NCBI GenBank assembly: GCA_903822185.1
Contig: CAIJOA010000049.1
Coordinates: 432-64,431 of the forward strand
DNA from: an uncultured Rhodospirillales bacterium
Lineage (GTDB): Bacteria; Pseudomonadota; Alphaproteobacteria; ATCC43930; CGMCC-115725
Direction of reading: 5' to 3'
Length of the DNA stretch: 64,000 nt
Below the pieces are notes generated by a model. The model made no database searches. It worked only from the letters and a program-made list of their open reading frames with translations, and was not told where the DNA came from. Position 1 is the first letter of the stretch; each line of letters opens with the position of its first letter. A program made the position numbers and the translations under genes. Shown here piece after piece: positions 32,968 to 42,685 of this stretch.

Positions 32968-35924
32968 CCAAGTTCAACAAACTTTTCCCGTTCGTTCTGC
33001 TGCTGGGGTTGGCGGTCTTCGCCTCCTTCGCGCACAGCGCCGAGAAGGTTGAGCTTCGCGCCGGCGAGCATGATGGCTACGCCCGCATCGCGATCGACTG
33101 GAAACAGCCGGTCACCTTCGAGACGCGGCTCGACGGTCAAATTCTGTTCATTCATTTTTCGCGGCCCTTCGAAACCGCATTGCCGTTGATCGCGCGCAAC
33201 CTTGGCCATTACGTCGCCAGTGCGACGCAATCGACCGACGGCAAAGCGATCATGGTGATGCTCAATCGCCCGGTCGAATTGAAATCCTCGGTCGTCAAAG
33301 GCGGTACCGTCGCGATCGATCTCTTTGCGCGTCCGTTAACCACACCGGCGATCCAGGCCGCAAAAATTTTGGAAGCCAAAACCAAGCCTGCTGAGAAAGC
33401 GCTGCCGACGGTGAATGATTCCAAGGCCGCCGCGCTTCACGCCAAGTCGCAAGTGGCCGCGCTCAGTGTCGTCATTCCGCCGGGCGAGGGCGGCAACGGC
33501 GTCGTGGCGATCCCAGTCGCGTTGCCCGCCGCCGAGAAAGCCGTGCCAAGCGATGGTGCTCCGGCGGCGATGACACCTTCTTTGGTTCTCGAAAACGAAC
33601 GCGCCAGCATCCGCTTCGATTGGCCGTCCCAGGTCGCCGCCGCCGTCTTCCGGCGTGGCTCGGCCCTGTGGATCGTCTTCAGCCAGACCCAGAAGCTCGA
33701 TCTCACGGCACTCCGTGCGCGCAGCAACAATTTCATCTCGGCCGTCGATCAGGTTGCGACGCCGGAAGGCACGGCGCTTCGTCTCGTCGTATCCGACGGC
33801 ATGAACCCGAGTGTCCGCCGCGTCGGCACCTCCTGGATCGTCGATCTTAAAAAGGCCGATGCGACGGCGGATTCGCCGATCGTCATCGAACCCCGTCCGA
33901 CGGCGACCGTGCCTTCGGTCGAACTGCATGTGCGCGATGCGTCCACGCCACTCAAGATAAAAGACCCGGTGCTGAACGATAAAATCGTCGTCGTGCCGGT
34001 CGGCGAATTGGGCCGCGGTGTCGATATCACCCGCAGCTTCGTCGATTTCCGTCTTCTGCCCAGCGTGCAAGGCGTCGTCATCCGTCCCAGCTCCGATGAT
34101 CTGGCGGTGCGCGCCGATGTCGATAACGTCGAAATTTCCCGTCCGCGTGGCTTGGTGCTTTCAGGTGATCGCGATCGGGTTCTCGGCGTCGCTACGACGA
34201 CGCAAAACCGCTTGTTCGATTTCGCGACGTGGCGCGGTCCGACCAGCAAGACTTTCATCGAAGGCCGCAGCGAACGCGAGAATGCCGTCGCAGCTCTCGC
34301 CCTCGGCGCGCGAACCCAGGCCCGTCTCGATCTCGCCCGGTTCTATTTCGCCAATCAATTCGGCGCCGAGACGATGAGCGTGCTCGAACAGATCGAGCAT
34401 GACGATGCACCGGCCGCTTCCAGTCCCGCTTTCCATGCCCTGAAAGGGGCCGCTTGCCTGCTTGCGGCGTATGACGCTTGCGCCAAGCAGGAACTCAATC
34501 AATCGACGCTCGATGACGAACCCGAAGCCGCAGTGTGGCGCGGTTCGTTGGCCGCCGGCAAAGGCGACTGGGATACGGCGTCGCGCGAATTTCTGCGCGG
34601 TGTCGGCCTGATCCGGACCTATCCGAAGGCACTGCGCAATCGCTTCGCGCTCGAAGCTGCCGAAGCGATGCTCGAAACCGACCGCAGCTCCGCTGCCGGA
34701 CCGCTGGTCGATCTGGTGCTGAAGGATTCACCCGAACTGGGCGACAAGGCGCTGGCGCTTTATCTCACGGGCCGCCGCGAAATGCAGATGGGGCATTTGT
34801 CCCAGGCGTTGGAACAGTGGGTCGGCGTTTCCGGCATGGGCGATCGCAAAGCGCGTGCGCGTGCGCTTTATTCACGGGCGTTGTCGCTTTACGAGGCCAA
34901 GAAGGTCAATCGCGTCGATAGCATCAACGCGCTCGATTCCCTCCGCTTCTCGTGGCGTGGCGACGAATTCGAATTCACCTTGCTGCGTCGCCTCGGCGAG
35001 TTGCAGCTGGCGGAAGGCGATGCCGAGAACGGCATTCAGGCGCTGCATGAAGCGGCGGTTTATTTCCCGGATTATACCGGTGCGAAAGATGTCGCCAAGC
35101 AATCGCAAGATGCTTTCGCCGATCTGTTCATCGGCAAATCCGCCGACGATACGCCGCCGGTGAAGGCGCTCGCGCTCTATGAAGAATTCAAGGATCTCGA
35201 GCCGACCGGCGAACGCCACGACGCTATCGTCCGTAAGCTGGTCGATCGGTTGGTCTCGGTCGATCTGCTGGATCAGGCAGCGATCCTGCTCGAAAGCCAA
35301 GTGAAGAACAATCTGGCCGGACGCGAAAAGGTTCGCGGCGCGACGCAGCTTGCGCTGTTGCGCCTGATGAACCGTCAGCCGGAAGTGGCCGTTGCGGCGC
35401 TCGATATGGATGTCGGCAAGGATGTCCCGACCGACATCGCCCGTCAGCGCCAGGAATTACGTGCTCGTGCGCTCGCCGATCTCAATCGTGTGCCCGAAGC
35501 CTTGGCGATGATCGCCAGCGACGACAGCCGCGACGCCGATCGTCTGCGCGCCGATATCTTCTGGCGCCAACGCGATTGGAAAAATGCCAGCAAGATTTTT
35601 GCCGCTTTGGCCGGCGCGCCGCCGGCGCAAGGTCCGCTCGGCCCCGAACTGTCGCGGATCGTTCTCGCCTGGGCCTCGGCCCTGACACTCGACAACGATC
35701 AGGCGGGTGTGGCCAAGCTGCGCGAATCTTTCGGCCCGGTCTTGGCCGGAACCCAGACGGCGGAAGCCTTCAACTTCATCACCGACGACGGCACCGCCGC
35801 GACCAAGGCCGGCGGCAGCGCCGCCGACGTCGCCACGCGCATCGCCGAAATCGGCACGCTGCAAAGCTTCATGTCGGCCTATAAGCAGCGCCTCGCCAGC
35901 AACAAGCTCAGCGCGATCAACTAG
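32964..35924 (+). CDS. Large secreted TPR-repeat protein of the flagellar operon (function unknown)
   Basis: 986 aa. Signal peptide MTKFNKLFPFVLLLGLAVFASFAHSA, two beta-rich N-terminal modules (GYARIAIDWKQPV..., ASIRFDWPSQV...) and a long helical-repeat C-region. Its start overlaps the motE stop (ATGA). Confidence 0.65.
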   Translation: MTKFNKLFPFVLLLGLAVFASFAHSAEKVELRAGEHDGYARIAIDWKQPVTFETRLDGQILFIHFSRPFETALPLIARNLGHYVASATQSTDGKAIMVMLNRPVELKSSVVKGGTVAIDLFARPLTTPAIQAAKILEAKTKPAEKALPTVNDSKAAALHAKSQVAALSVVIPPGEGGNGVVAIPVALPAAEKAVPSDGAPAAMTPSLVLENERASIRFDWPSQVAAAVFRRGSALWIVFSQTQKLDLTALRARSNNFISAVDQVATPEGTALRLVVSDGMNPSVRRVGTSWIVDLKKADATADSPIVIEPRPTATVPSVELHVRDASTPLKIKDPVLNDKIVVVPVGELGRGVDITRSFVDFRLLPSVQGVVIRPSSDDLAVRADVDNVEISRPRGLVLSGDRDRVLGVATTTQNRLFDFATWRGPTSKTFIEGRSERENAVAALALGARTQARLDLARFYFANQFGAETMSVLEQIEHDDAPAASSPAFHALKGAACLLAAYDACAKQELNQSTLDDEPEAAVWRGSLAAGKGDWDTASREFLRGVGLIRTYPKALRNRFALEAAEAMLETDRSSAAGPLVDLVLKDSPELGDKALALYLTGRREMQMGHLSQALEQWVGVSGMGDRKARARALYSRALSLYEAKKVNRVDSINALDSLRFSWRGDEFEFTLLRRLGELQLAEGDAENGIQALHEAAVYFPDYTGAKDVAKQSQDAFADLFIGKSADDTPPVKALALYEEFKDLEPTGERHDAIVRKLVDRLVSVDLLDQAAILLESQVKNNLAGREKVRGATQLALLRLMNRQPEVAVAALDMDVGKDVPTDIARQRQELRARALADLNRVPEALAMIASDDSRDADRLRADIFWRQRDWKNASKIFAALAGAPPAQGPLGPELSRIVLAWASALTLDNDQAGVAKLRESFGPVLAGTQTAEAFNFITDDGTAATKAGGSAADVATRIAEIGTLQSFMSAYKQRLASNKLSAIN

Positions 35925-35929
35925 GTCTT

Positions 35930-36946
35930 CTAGGGCAGGGGTTTGACGAACCGCTTATCGATCAGCTTGTCCAGATCGACATCGGCCTTCAACAATCCTT
36001 GCGCCTTGTACCAGCCGACCTGATGGAGAACATCCTTCACGTCGAGCCGTGCCTCGCGATCCTGATAGCCGACGGACGGTTCCAACTGCTCGCGCGGTTG
36101 GTTTAGGTTCTTGACCATGATGTCGAGGATCGTCGGCGCGCTCGGTCCGTCCTTGCGCTGACCATCGGGCGTGGTGAAAGCGTCGTAATAGTCATGCACG
36201 CCCTTCACATAGGCACGCAGGAAGCTTTTCACCGTGTCGGGTTCGCCATCGGCGGTCTTGGCGCTGGTGATGATCATGCCGAGCTGCCACGGCGTTTCGT
36301 CGCCGACATAGCCTAGCAGCTTGATGTCGCCGTGCTGTAACGACTTGGCGAAATAATTGCCCGGCCCCAACGCGACATCGACGCTGCCGCCCGCGACCGC
36401 CGAGGCGGCATTGGCATTCGATTGCGTCGGCACGAGGCGCAGCGTCTTGATGTCGATCTTATATTTCTCGGCGATCAGCCCGACGCTGTAATGCAGCGAC
36501 GATCCGATCTGGGTAAGCCCGACCGAATGGCCGCCGATATCCTTGAAGCTGCGCACCCCGGCTTCGTAAGCCTGGTTCGAGACGACGAAGGTGCCGGAAT
36601 TGAAGCCGGAATGTTCGTGAACACTGCCGCCGATGACCCGCAGCCCGCCTTGCGCCGCAAGATTATAGAAGGCGGCTGTGAAGCCGGTCAGGGCGATATC
36701 CAACGATCCCGACATGACGGCAACCGAAATCGGCTCGGCGGCATCGAACGGTACGAGTTCGACATCCAAGCCCTCGGCCGCGTAATAGCCTTTGTCCTTG
36801 GCGATGAAGGCGGGTGCCGCGACCGGTGTGCGGACGAAGCCGAGTTTGAGGGTTTTGGCCGATGCGGGAAGCGCCGCAACGCTGAGGGCGAGCAGTGCGA
36901 TTCCCACGCGTACATTCTTGCCGACCATGATCGATATCCTCCCCAT
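35930..36946 (-). CDS. ABC-type solute-binding protein, NMT1/THI5-like (nitrate/sulfonate/bicarbonate family)
   Basis: 338 aa with a signal peptide. KGYYAAEGLDVELVPF and the overall pattern fit this family, and it is a paralog of 37123-38112. Confidence 0.7.
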   Translation of the reverse strand: MGRISIMVGKNVRVGIALLALSVAALPASAKTLKLGFVRTPVAAPAFIAKDKGYYAAEGLDVELVPFDAAEPISVAVMSGSLDIALTGFTAAFYNLAAQGGLRVIGGSVHEHSGFNSGTFVVSNQAYEAGVRSFKDIGGHSVGLTQIGSSLHYSVGLIAEKYKIDIKTLRLVPTQSNANAASAVAGGSVDVALGPGNYFAKSLQHGDIKLLGYVGDETPWQLGMIITSAKTADGEPDTVKSFLRAYVKGVHDYYDAFTTPDGQRKDGPSAPTILDIMVKNLNQPREQLEPSVGYQDREARLDVKDVLHQVGWYKAQGLLKADVDLDKLIDKRFVKPLP

Positions 36947-37023
36947 ACCGCGACAGTCTCGATGCCGTCTGCGTGCGCTATGCCCATTTAGGCATGGCCA
37001 GGGAGGGTCTTCAAGATACCAAT

Positions 37024-37102
37024 CGTCATTGCGAGGAGCGTAGGCGACGAAGCAATCCAGTGCGCGGACGGACTGGATTGCTTCGCTGCGCTCGCAATGA
37101 CG
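37024..37102. repeat. Palindromic REP-type element (second family)
   Basis: The arms cgtcattgcgag...gcgacgaagcaatccag and ctggattgcttcgctgcgctcgcaatgacg form a long hairpin between two paralogous SBP genes. Confidence 0.7.
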
Positions 37103-37122
37103 TTAAAGAGAGAGGGGCGTGT

Positions 37123-38112
37123 TTATCCCGGCAACGGCACGGCGTAGCGGTTGTCGATCATGATGCTGCCATCGACGTTCGGCTTCAGCATGCCTTGCGA
37201 TTTGTACCAATCGATCTGACGCAGCACGTCTTTCTCGTCGAGCCGCATCTCGGGGTCCATGAAGGGCAGGGCCTTCTCGATCTGGTCGCCGGGCTGACCA
37301 GTGTATTTGGTGATGATCGCCAGAACGGCGTCAGCGGTCGGGTTGTGATGCGGCTTCATGTCGGGGCCGACGAAGGCGTCGTAATAGTCGCGCGCGCCGC
37401 GTTTGACTGCTTTCAGATAGCGGCGGACCATGTCGCCGTTTTCGTTGGCGTTCTTGGCGGTGATGACGGTCGCGCCGCCCTGTGACGGCACCTCGTCGCC
37501 GGTATAGCCGAGCAGCCGCACGTCGCCCTTTTGAACCGCGGCCGTGACGGCGGAAGCCGGAGTCAGACCACCGTCGGCCTGGCCGCCGGTGACAGCCGAG
37601 ATGACGTTGACGATCGCCTGCATCGGCAGGATGCGGATGGTCTTCATATCCACACCGAATTTCGCGGTGACGAGCGACAGGGCGTAATGCGCCGGTGCGC
37701 CGATCTCGCCCAGCGCGACCGATTTGCCGGTCAGGTCCTTGTAGGACTTGAGGCCGTTCTCGTAGGCCTTGTTCGAGATGATGAAGCCGTACTGCGGGAA
37801 GCCCGGCGCATCGCGGCCATTGGCGGCGATGATCTTGATGGTGCCGTTGCCCGCGAGGGTATAAAGCGCCGCGGTCAGGCCGGTCGAACCGAAATCGATA
37901 TCGCCGGAGGCAGTCGCGACGGCGACCGGCAGCGAATTCGGGAAGAAGACGATCTCCGCATCCAACCCCTCGGCTTTGAAATAGCCCTTATCGATCGCGA
38001 TATAGATCGGCCCGCCCGAGGCGATCTTGGTCGATCCGATTTTGATGGCTTCGGCGGAAGCGGTGTGGGCAGCGAAGGCGAGCAGGGCGGCAAGCAACGG
38101 CAAACGGCGCAT
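37123..38112 (-). CDS. ABC-type solute-binding protein, NMT1/THI5-like, paralog
   Basis: 329 aa with a signal peptide. KGYFKAEGLDAEIVFF parallels the upstream paralog. Confidence 0.7.
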   Translation of the reverse strand: MRRLPLLAALLAFAAHTASAEAIKIGSTKIASGGPIYIAIDKGYFKAEGLDAEIVFFPNSLPVAVATASGDIDFGSTGLTAALYTLAGNGTIKIIAANGRDAPGFPQYGFIISNKAYENGLKSYKDLTGKSVALGEIGAPAHYALSLVTAKFGVDMKTIRILPMQAIVNVISAVTGGQADGGLTPASAVTAAVQKGDVRLLGYTGDEVPSQGGATVITAKNANENGDMVRRYLKAVKRGARDYYDAFVGPDMKPHHNPTADAVLAIITKYTGQPGDQIEKALPFMDPEMRLDEKDVLRQIDWYKSQGMLKPNVDGSIMIDNRYAVPLPG

Positions 38113-38181
38113 CAGGATACTCTTTCAACGGACACATAACGACAGATACAAGTTTACCAGATCGGCGTTCGCAGGTCGATG

Positions 38182-39390
38182 TCAGGGCGCCTCGAGCTTG
38201 AAGCCCGGTGAGGCGCGGTCTGTCGGCCAGACAGACACCCATTTGCCCTTTTGGACTTGCTTCAACTGGGTGAAATCGCGCGGTGCGGTGTGGTGTGCGC
38301 CCGAGAAGTCACGCTTGGCGACGATGGTGTCGACCTCGTTATGATCGAGCCAGTTGGCCAGTTTCGCGTCATCGAGGCTTTGCGTCGCGTTGACCGCGGC
38401 GGTGAGGATTTGCCAGCCGGCATATTCCTGGCCCGCCTGGGTTTCGACGAACGGATAAGGCAGGCCTGCGGCCCTGGCGCGCTCGTCATAGGCTTTCGCG
38501 AAGGCGGCGCCAACGGGGTTCGAGGTGTAAGGCGGCGCGTCGTCGAAGTTGGTGATGCCGAGCGCGCCTTCCGCGCCGGCGCTCTCAGCCAGGGAGGGCG
38601 ACGGATAAAGATAGAAATGACGCGGCGGGTGATAATCGAGATGGGCCAGCGCGGCGAGCAATTGCGCGCCATCGATGCCGAGACACGACATGAACAACAT
38701 ATCCGCATTGGCGTCGCGCACGCGCGAGGCGATCGGTCCGAAATCGCGGGTGCCAAAATCATATTCGAGACTGAGTGCGATGTTGACCCCGCGCTTGGGG
38801 AAAATCAGCTGCGCGCCCGAGGTCATGAATTGCGTCGAGGGGAATTTCAGCGTGACGATCGACACGCTCTTGGGCGGATGCGCGGTGCTGTCCATCGCAT
38901 CCATCAGGATGGTCGGCAGCGACTGCTCGGGCTTCGGTCCGGTGACCAACGCGGCGAAATGCCATTCATAGGTCGCGAGGTCCGGCGTCCCCATCGTGTT
39001 CTGGATGAAGATTTTCTTGTTGCGCTGTGCGACACCCATCGCCGCGAGGATCGCTGCCGTGCCGTAAGGCGCGAGGATGAGATCGACTTTGTCCGAGGTC
39101 AGAAGCCGCTCATAGAGCGTGCGCGCGATGTCGGCCTTCGATTGATCGTCCAGCAAGACATATTCGACCGGCCGCCCCAGCAGCCCTCCTTTGGCGTTGA
39201 GCTGATCGACGAAGATTTCGCTGACGATTTTGTGGATCAATCCGGTCTGACCGAAGGGACCGGTGAGGGAGAGGCTTTGGCCGATCTTGATCGGTTTGCC
39301 GGATGGTGTCTGGGCTAAGGCGGGGCCGATAAGCGGTATGCTGGCAAGACCCGCGACGACGCTGCGTCGCGACCATTCCGTCGTCATCAC
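38182..39390 (-). CDS. ABC-type solute-binding protein, LivJ/amide-urea type, Tat-like signal
   Basis: 402 aa. RRSVVAGLASIPLIGPALAQ is a twin-arginine-like signal, and IKIGQSLSLTGPFGQTG is typical of the type I periplasmic binding fold. Confidence 0.7.
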   Translation of the reverse strand: MMTTEWSRRSVVAGLASIPLIGPALAQTPSGKPIKIGQSLSLTGPFGQTGLIHKIVSEIFVDQLNAKGGLLGRPVEYVLLDDQSKADIARTLYERLLTSDKVDLILAPYGTAAILAAMGVAQRNKKIFIQNTMGTPDLATYEWHFAALVTGPKPEQSLPTILMDAMDSTAHPPKSVSIVTLKFPSTQFMTSGAQLIFPKRGVNIALSLEYDFGTRDFGPIASRVRDANADMLFMSCLGIDGAQLLAALAHLDYHPPRHFYLYPSPSLAESAGAEGALGITNFDDAPPYTSNPVGAAFAKAYDERARAAGLPYPFVETQAGQEYAGWQILTAAVNATQSLDDAKLANWLDHNEVDTIVAKRDFSGAHHTAPRDFTQLKQVQKGKWVSVWPTDRASPGFKLEAP

Positions 39391-39479
39391 CGTTCCTCCC
39401 TGTATGTTTTCGCTTGGCTATTTTTGAAAGGACGCCGCGTGTTGATCGCGCGACGCCCCGCCAAGCGATGGATCGATAT

Positions 39480-39896
39480 TTAGACTTTTGCAGGCTCCTT
39501 GAAGACGGTCTTGAGGTTTTCCTTCACCTCGACGCCCGAGGTCGAGAGATCGAACTTGTTGCCGTCAACGTCTTTGACGTAATCCTCGACGTAAGAGCGA
39601 TCGGACGGTGGCTTGATCGGGTCGTGGCCCATCTCGGCCAGACGCTGATAGACCCCCTCGCGCTCGTCCGCGTCGAGGGTGATGCCGAAATGATTGAGGC
39701 CGCTGTGGTAATGCGTCTCGTCCGCGCGCCACAGCATCGCGATATCGAGATAGCCGTCCGTGACCCACACCGATTTCTTGCCGCGTCCCTTGATCGTGAA
39801 GCCAAAGGCTTGGACATAGAACTGCGCCATCTTTTCCGGGCTGTCCGAAAAGAAGGCGAGATGTTTAATGCGTGCCATGCTGCGCTCCGTCCCCAA
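39480..39896 (-). CDS. VOC (glyoxalase/bleomycin resistance/dioxygenase) family protein
   Basis: 138 aa. IKHLAFFSDSPEKMAQFY...GLNHFGITLD follows the VOC pattern. Confidence 0.65.
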   Translation of the reverse strand: MGTERSMARIKHLAFFSDSPEKMAQFYVQAFGFTIKGRGKKSVWVTDGYLDIAMLWRADETHYHSGLNHFGITLDADEREGVYQRLAEMGHDPIKPPSDRSYVEDYVKDVDGNKFDLSTSGVEVKENLKTVFKEPAKV

Positions 39897-40002
39897 TTAT
39901 ATTGGCCGAAAAACTATGCACCGGTCGCGTTGGAATTGAACGGGGTGTGACGCTTGAGCGTTCTCCCGCGATGAATTCGTTCGCGGTCGCCTCGTCCGAC
40001 AG

Positions 40003-40032
40003 CTCTTCTTCGCCCGCCCGGGCGGAGAAGAG
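40003..40032 (-). terminator. Hairpin downstream of the hydrolase gene
   Basis: ctcttcttcgcc...ggcggagaagag: 12-bp stem with one mismatch and no clear U-run. Confidence 0.3.
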
Positions 40033-40044
40033 CCGGCCGAAACG

Positions 40045-40905
40045 TTATTTCTTTTGCAGGAACGGAATGGCGAGGCGATAGACCTCTTGCTCCGCGTCCC
40101 ACGGCACCATGTGCTTGCAGTCTTCGACGATATGCAGATTGAGTTCGGGTTCCAACTTCTTGAACAGCTCGGCACGGTCGCCGGCATGGCCGCGATCATT
40201 GCGGCCGAAGATCAGCATCAGCGGAATCTTGATACCGAGCATACGCTTCCACAACGGCACCGGCGGCTCGGCCCCGCCGCCTTTTTCGGCGTTCGCGCGG
40301 GTGGTGAAGGTCTCGAACGCCTTGCCGATGCTGCGGCTGTGACGCAGCGCCAACTCGTCCGGCGTCACCAACTCGGTGTGGAATAGATCGGCTGACATCA
40401 GCTTCTTGGTGTCCTCGATCGTCGGTTCGGTGACGGCCATCTGCTTATCGACGCGCTTTGCCACCTGGTCGTAGCGGCCTTCGACGTCTTCGGGCATTGG
40501 TGGCATCAGGGTGCCGGTGCCCAGCACGACGAGATGCGAGAAGCGTTCCGGGTTCTTCAGCGCGGCTTGAACGGCCATGCCACCCGAACGCGAATGGGCG
40601 ATCAGCGCCGGCTTTTCGAGGCCCAGCGCATCGGCGAATTTGAGGATCGCGGCGTTCTGATAGGCGAGCGACAGATCGCTGCCGACTTCGCTGAGGCCGT
40701 AGCCGGGGAAGTCGAAGGCGATGGCGCGGAAGCCGGCCTTGGCCAACGGACCGAGATTGCGGCGGAACACGTCGGCCGACGAACCCAGCGAAGCGCCGTG
40801 CATCAACAGAACCGGATGACCCTGGCCTTCCTCGATGTAGCGCATCTTCAGCCCATCGACGGTCACATATTTATCGGCCGTCATCGTCGAGAGATGGGTA
40901 TCCAT
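40045..40905 (-). CDS. Alpha/beta hydrolase (meta-cleavage-product hydrolase-like)
   Basis: 286 aa. VLLMHGASLGSS..., the nucleophile elbow AHSRSGG, and a C-terminal His region. Confidence 0.75.
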   Translation of the reverse strand: MDTHLSTMTADKYVTVDGLKMRYIEEGQGHPVLLMHGASLGSSADVFRRNLGPLAKAGFRAIAFDFPGYGLSEVGSDLSLAYQNAAILKFADALGLEKPALIAHSRSGGMAVQAALKNPERFSHLVVLGTGTLMPPMPEDVEGRYDQVAKRVDKQMAVTEPTIEDTKKLMSADLFHTELVTPDELALRHSRSIGKAFETFTTRANAEKGGGAEPPVPLWKRMLGIKIPLMLIFGRNDRGHAGDRAELFKKLEPELNLHIVEDCKHMVPWDAEQEVYRLAIPFLQKK

Positions 40906-40983
40906 GTTTTTCCTCCTCTAATCACAACACGTATTGGCGCCCATGTTCGGACTTGGACGCCGGATTGGCAATGGGGTCCGGGC

Positions 40984-41931
40984 TTAATACCCGATCGCCG
41001 GATCGACCACGTCGATCAGCGTCTCGCCCCGCCGCAGCCGGGCGATCTGAGCGCAGATTAACGGTACCATCGCACGCGCATCGGGGACGCGCGAGGCATG
41101 GGGCAAAACGGTAACGCGGGGATGACGCCAAAGCGGATCTTCCTTCGGCAGCGGTTCCTGCCGGAACACGTCGAGCGTCGCGCCGGACAGATGGCCGCTA
41201 TCGAGCGCCGCGATCAGGTCGGCATCGACGATCTGCTGGCCGCGGCCCAGATTGACGATCGATGCACCCTTCGGCAGCAGCGCCAACGTCTCGCGATTGA
41301 GAATATTATCGGTCTCCGCCGTCGCCGGCAGCAGATTGACGATGATCTCGCTGCGAGCAAGGAAGGCGCCGAGTTGGTCTTTGCCGGCAAAGATCTCGAT
41401 CCCTTCTTCGGCTTTACGCGGATGCTTGACCCAGCCGGCGACCTGGAAGCCGTGCGCGGCGAGACATTTTGCGGTGTTGAGGCCGATAATGCCGAGGCCC
41501 AGCACGCCCACCTTGCGGTCCTGCGCCCGGATACGCGGCAACGAAACCCACTCGGCCCGTCGTTGCGCCAAAAGATAATCCGGCAGGTTGCGATGGTGCC
41601 GCAGCACATGCGTCAGGGCGGCCTCGTCCATCATCGGATCGCCGGTATGGGGCGAGGCGCGCACGATCGGCACGCCGGCCGGCAAGGTCGTGTCGGCCAT
41701 CAGCAAGTCTTGCCCGGCGAACAGCGAGACGATCATCTTCAGATTGGGGAAGGACCGCAGCACATTCTCGGGCAGCCGGCCGATCGCGGCGATCTCGATA
41801 TCATCGCGGTTGCCGGCATCGGGCCAGATGCGGATTTCGAGATCCGGCATCTCGCGCTGAAAGAGCTGGCGCCAAGTTTCGACCGGGGCGAAGAGCGGCG
41901 TGAGGAGCAAAGCCATACCACATTGAGGCAT
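40984..41931 (-). CDS. D-isomer-specific 2-hydroxyacid dehydrogenase (GhrA-like)
   Basis: 315 aa. VGVLGLGIIGLNTAKCL is the NAD-binding motif, followed by IVNLGRGQQIV...PHAS. The start is uncertain (41931 or 41916). Confidence 0.75.
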   Translation of the reverse strand: MPQCGMALLLTPLFAPVETWRQLFQREMPDLEIRIWPDAGNRDDIEIAAIGRLPENVLRSFPNLKMIVSLFAGQDLLMADTTLPAGVPIVRASPHTGDPMMDEAALTHVLRHHRNLPDYLLAQRRAEWVSLPRIRAQDRKVGVLGLGIIGLNTAKCLAAHGFQVAGWVKHPRKAEEGIEIFAGKDQLGAFLARSEIIVNLLPATAETDNILNRETLALLPKGASIVNLGRGQQIVDADLIAALDSGHLSGATLDVFRQEPLPKEDPLWRHPRVTVLPHASRVPDARAMVPLICAQIARLRRGETLIDVVDPAIGY

Positions 41932-41976
41932 GACTTGGCGGGTGGTTCAAGGCTGGGGAAGATATTGCATGGGTAA

Positions 41977-42012
41977 CGCGAGTCCCTCGACTTCGTTCGG
42001 GATGAGGTGAGG
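41977..42012 (-). repeat. REP-like dispersed repeat, copy 3
   Basis: cgcgagtccctcgacttcgttcgggatgaggtgagg is the reverse complement of the copy at 46526-46559, with 1-2 mismatches in the core. Confidence 0.7.
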
Positions 42013-42044
42013 AAGGTTCGTGGCATGGGAAGACGGGCCGCCCC

Positions 42045-42214
42045 GATAGCGACGTGTACGGAGACGCCCGAAACGTCGCGCCGGGCTGGGACGTGTATCA
42101 CCTGGAGCAGGAATGGCGGAACTGGCTCGGGGAGAGTGAGATTGTGCCGAAGACACGGAGCGCCATTTCGTGAAATTCTGCCAGACCTGGTTTGAGAAGC
42201 GGGGCCGGCCTTGA
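42045..42214 (+). pseudogene. Frameshifted C-terminal remnant of a plasmid/ICE replication-initiator-like gene (tentative)
   Basis: One frame reads DVYGDARNVAPGWDVYHLEQEWRNWLGESEIVPKTRSA. A different frame continues FVKFCQTWFEKRGRP-stop. The motif resembles my memory of RepA-type initiator C-termini, and no N-terminal part is present. Confidence 0.4.
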
Positions 42215-42647
42215 AGCCTTTGGCGACAATGCTGACGACCCTTTGCGCAACGACGAGCAAGTGCAAACGGCAGCTCAGAATCTGTTTTCTGGCTGCATCC
42301 CTGAACGCGAAAATGACTTGGACGCCCTATGGGCGGCATATGACCTCACGTTTCGTTTGGCGCAGGATAACCACGATGGCGACAAGGTCGTCATGCGGGG
42401 CGGCGCCTATCGCTACGTGGGTTAATCACCGGAGGCTCAGGGCTTTTTGGGTTGCAGGATATCAGGATATGCGGCCTGGGAAGGCTACAGCGAAACTGCG
42501 GAATCCATCGCTGCCCGCAATAAAACCAGCTTCGCATGATTTGAGGAGTTGGTGGATGCCGTGAAAAGGATCGCCGCCAGCGATTCCCCTGAAAGCGAGC
42601 CGTTGCCGAATGGCGTAGCGGAGCCCTGCGCGCCGCTGCATAATGTA

Positions 42648-42666
42648 GCACGGTGCAGCACCGTGC
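42648..42666. promoter_or_regulatory. Perfect 9-bp inverted repeat GCACGGTGC-a-GCACCGTGC (candidate operator) upstream of the RHH gene
   Basis: It lies 20 nt upstream of ATG 42686, just downstream of a CATAAT -10-like hexamer (42638-42643). Confidence 0.5.
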
Positions 42667-42685
42667 AGTGGGGAAGGTGGGCAAA

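Noticed and set aside
42192-42564. Small ORFs 42192-42425 (77 aa) and 42211-42564 (117 aa) in the island's left part
   Set aside because: They overlap each other in different frames, have non-ATG or weak starts and lack a recognisable motif. I treat the 42215-42640 stretch as eroded non-coding DNA pending a homology search.
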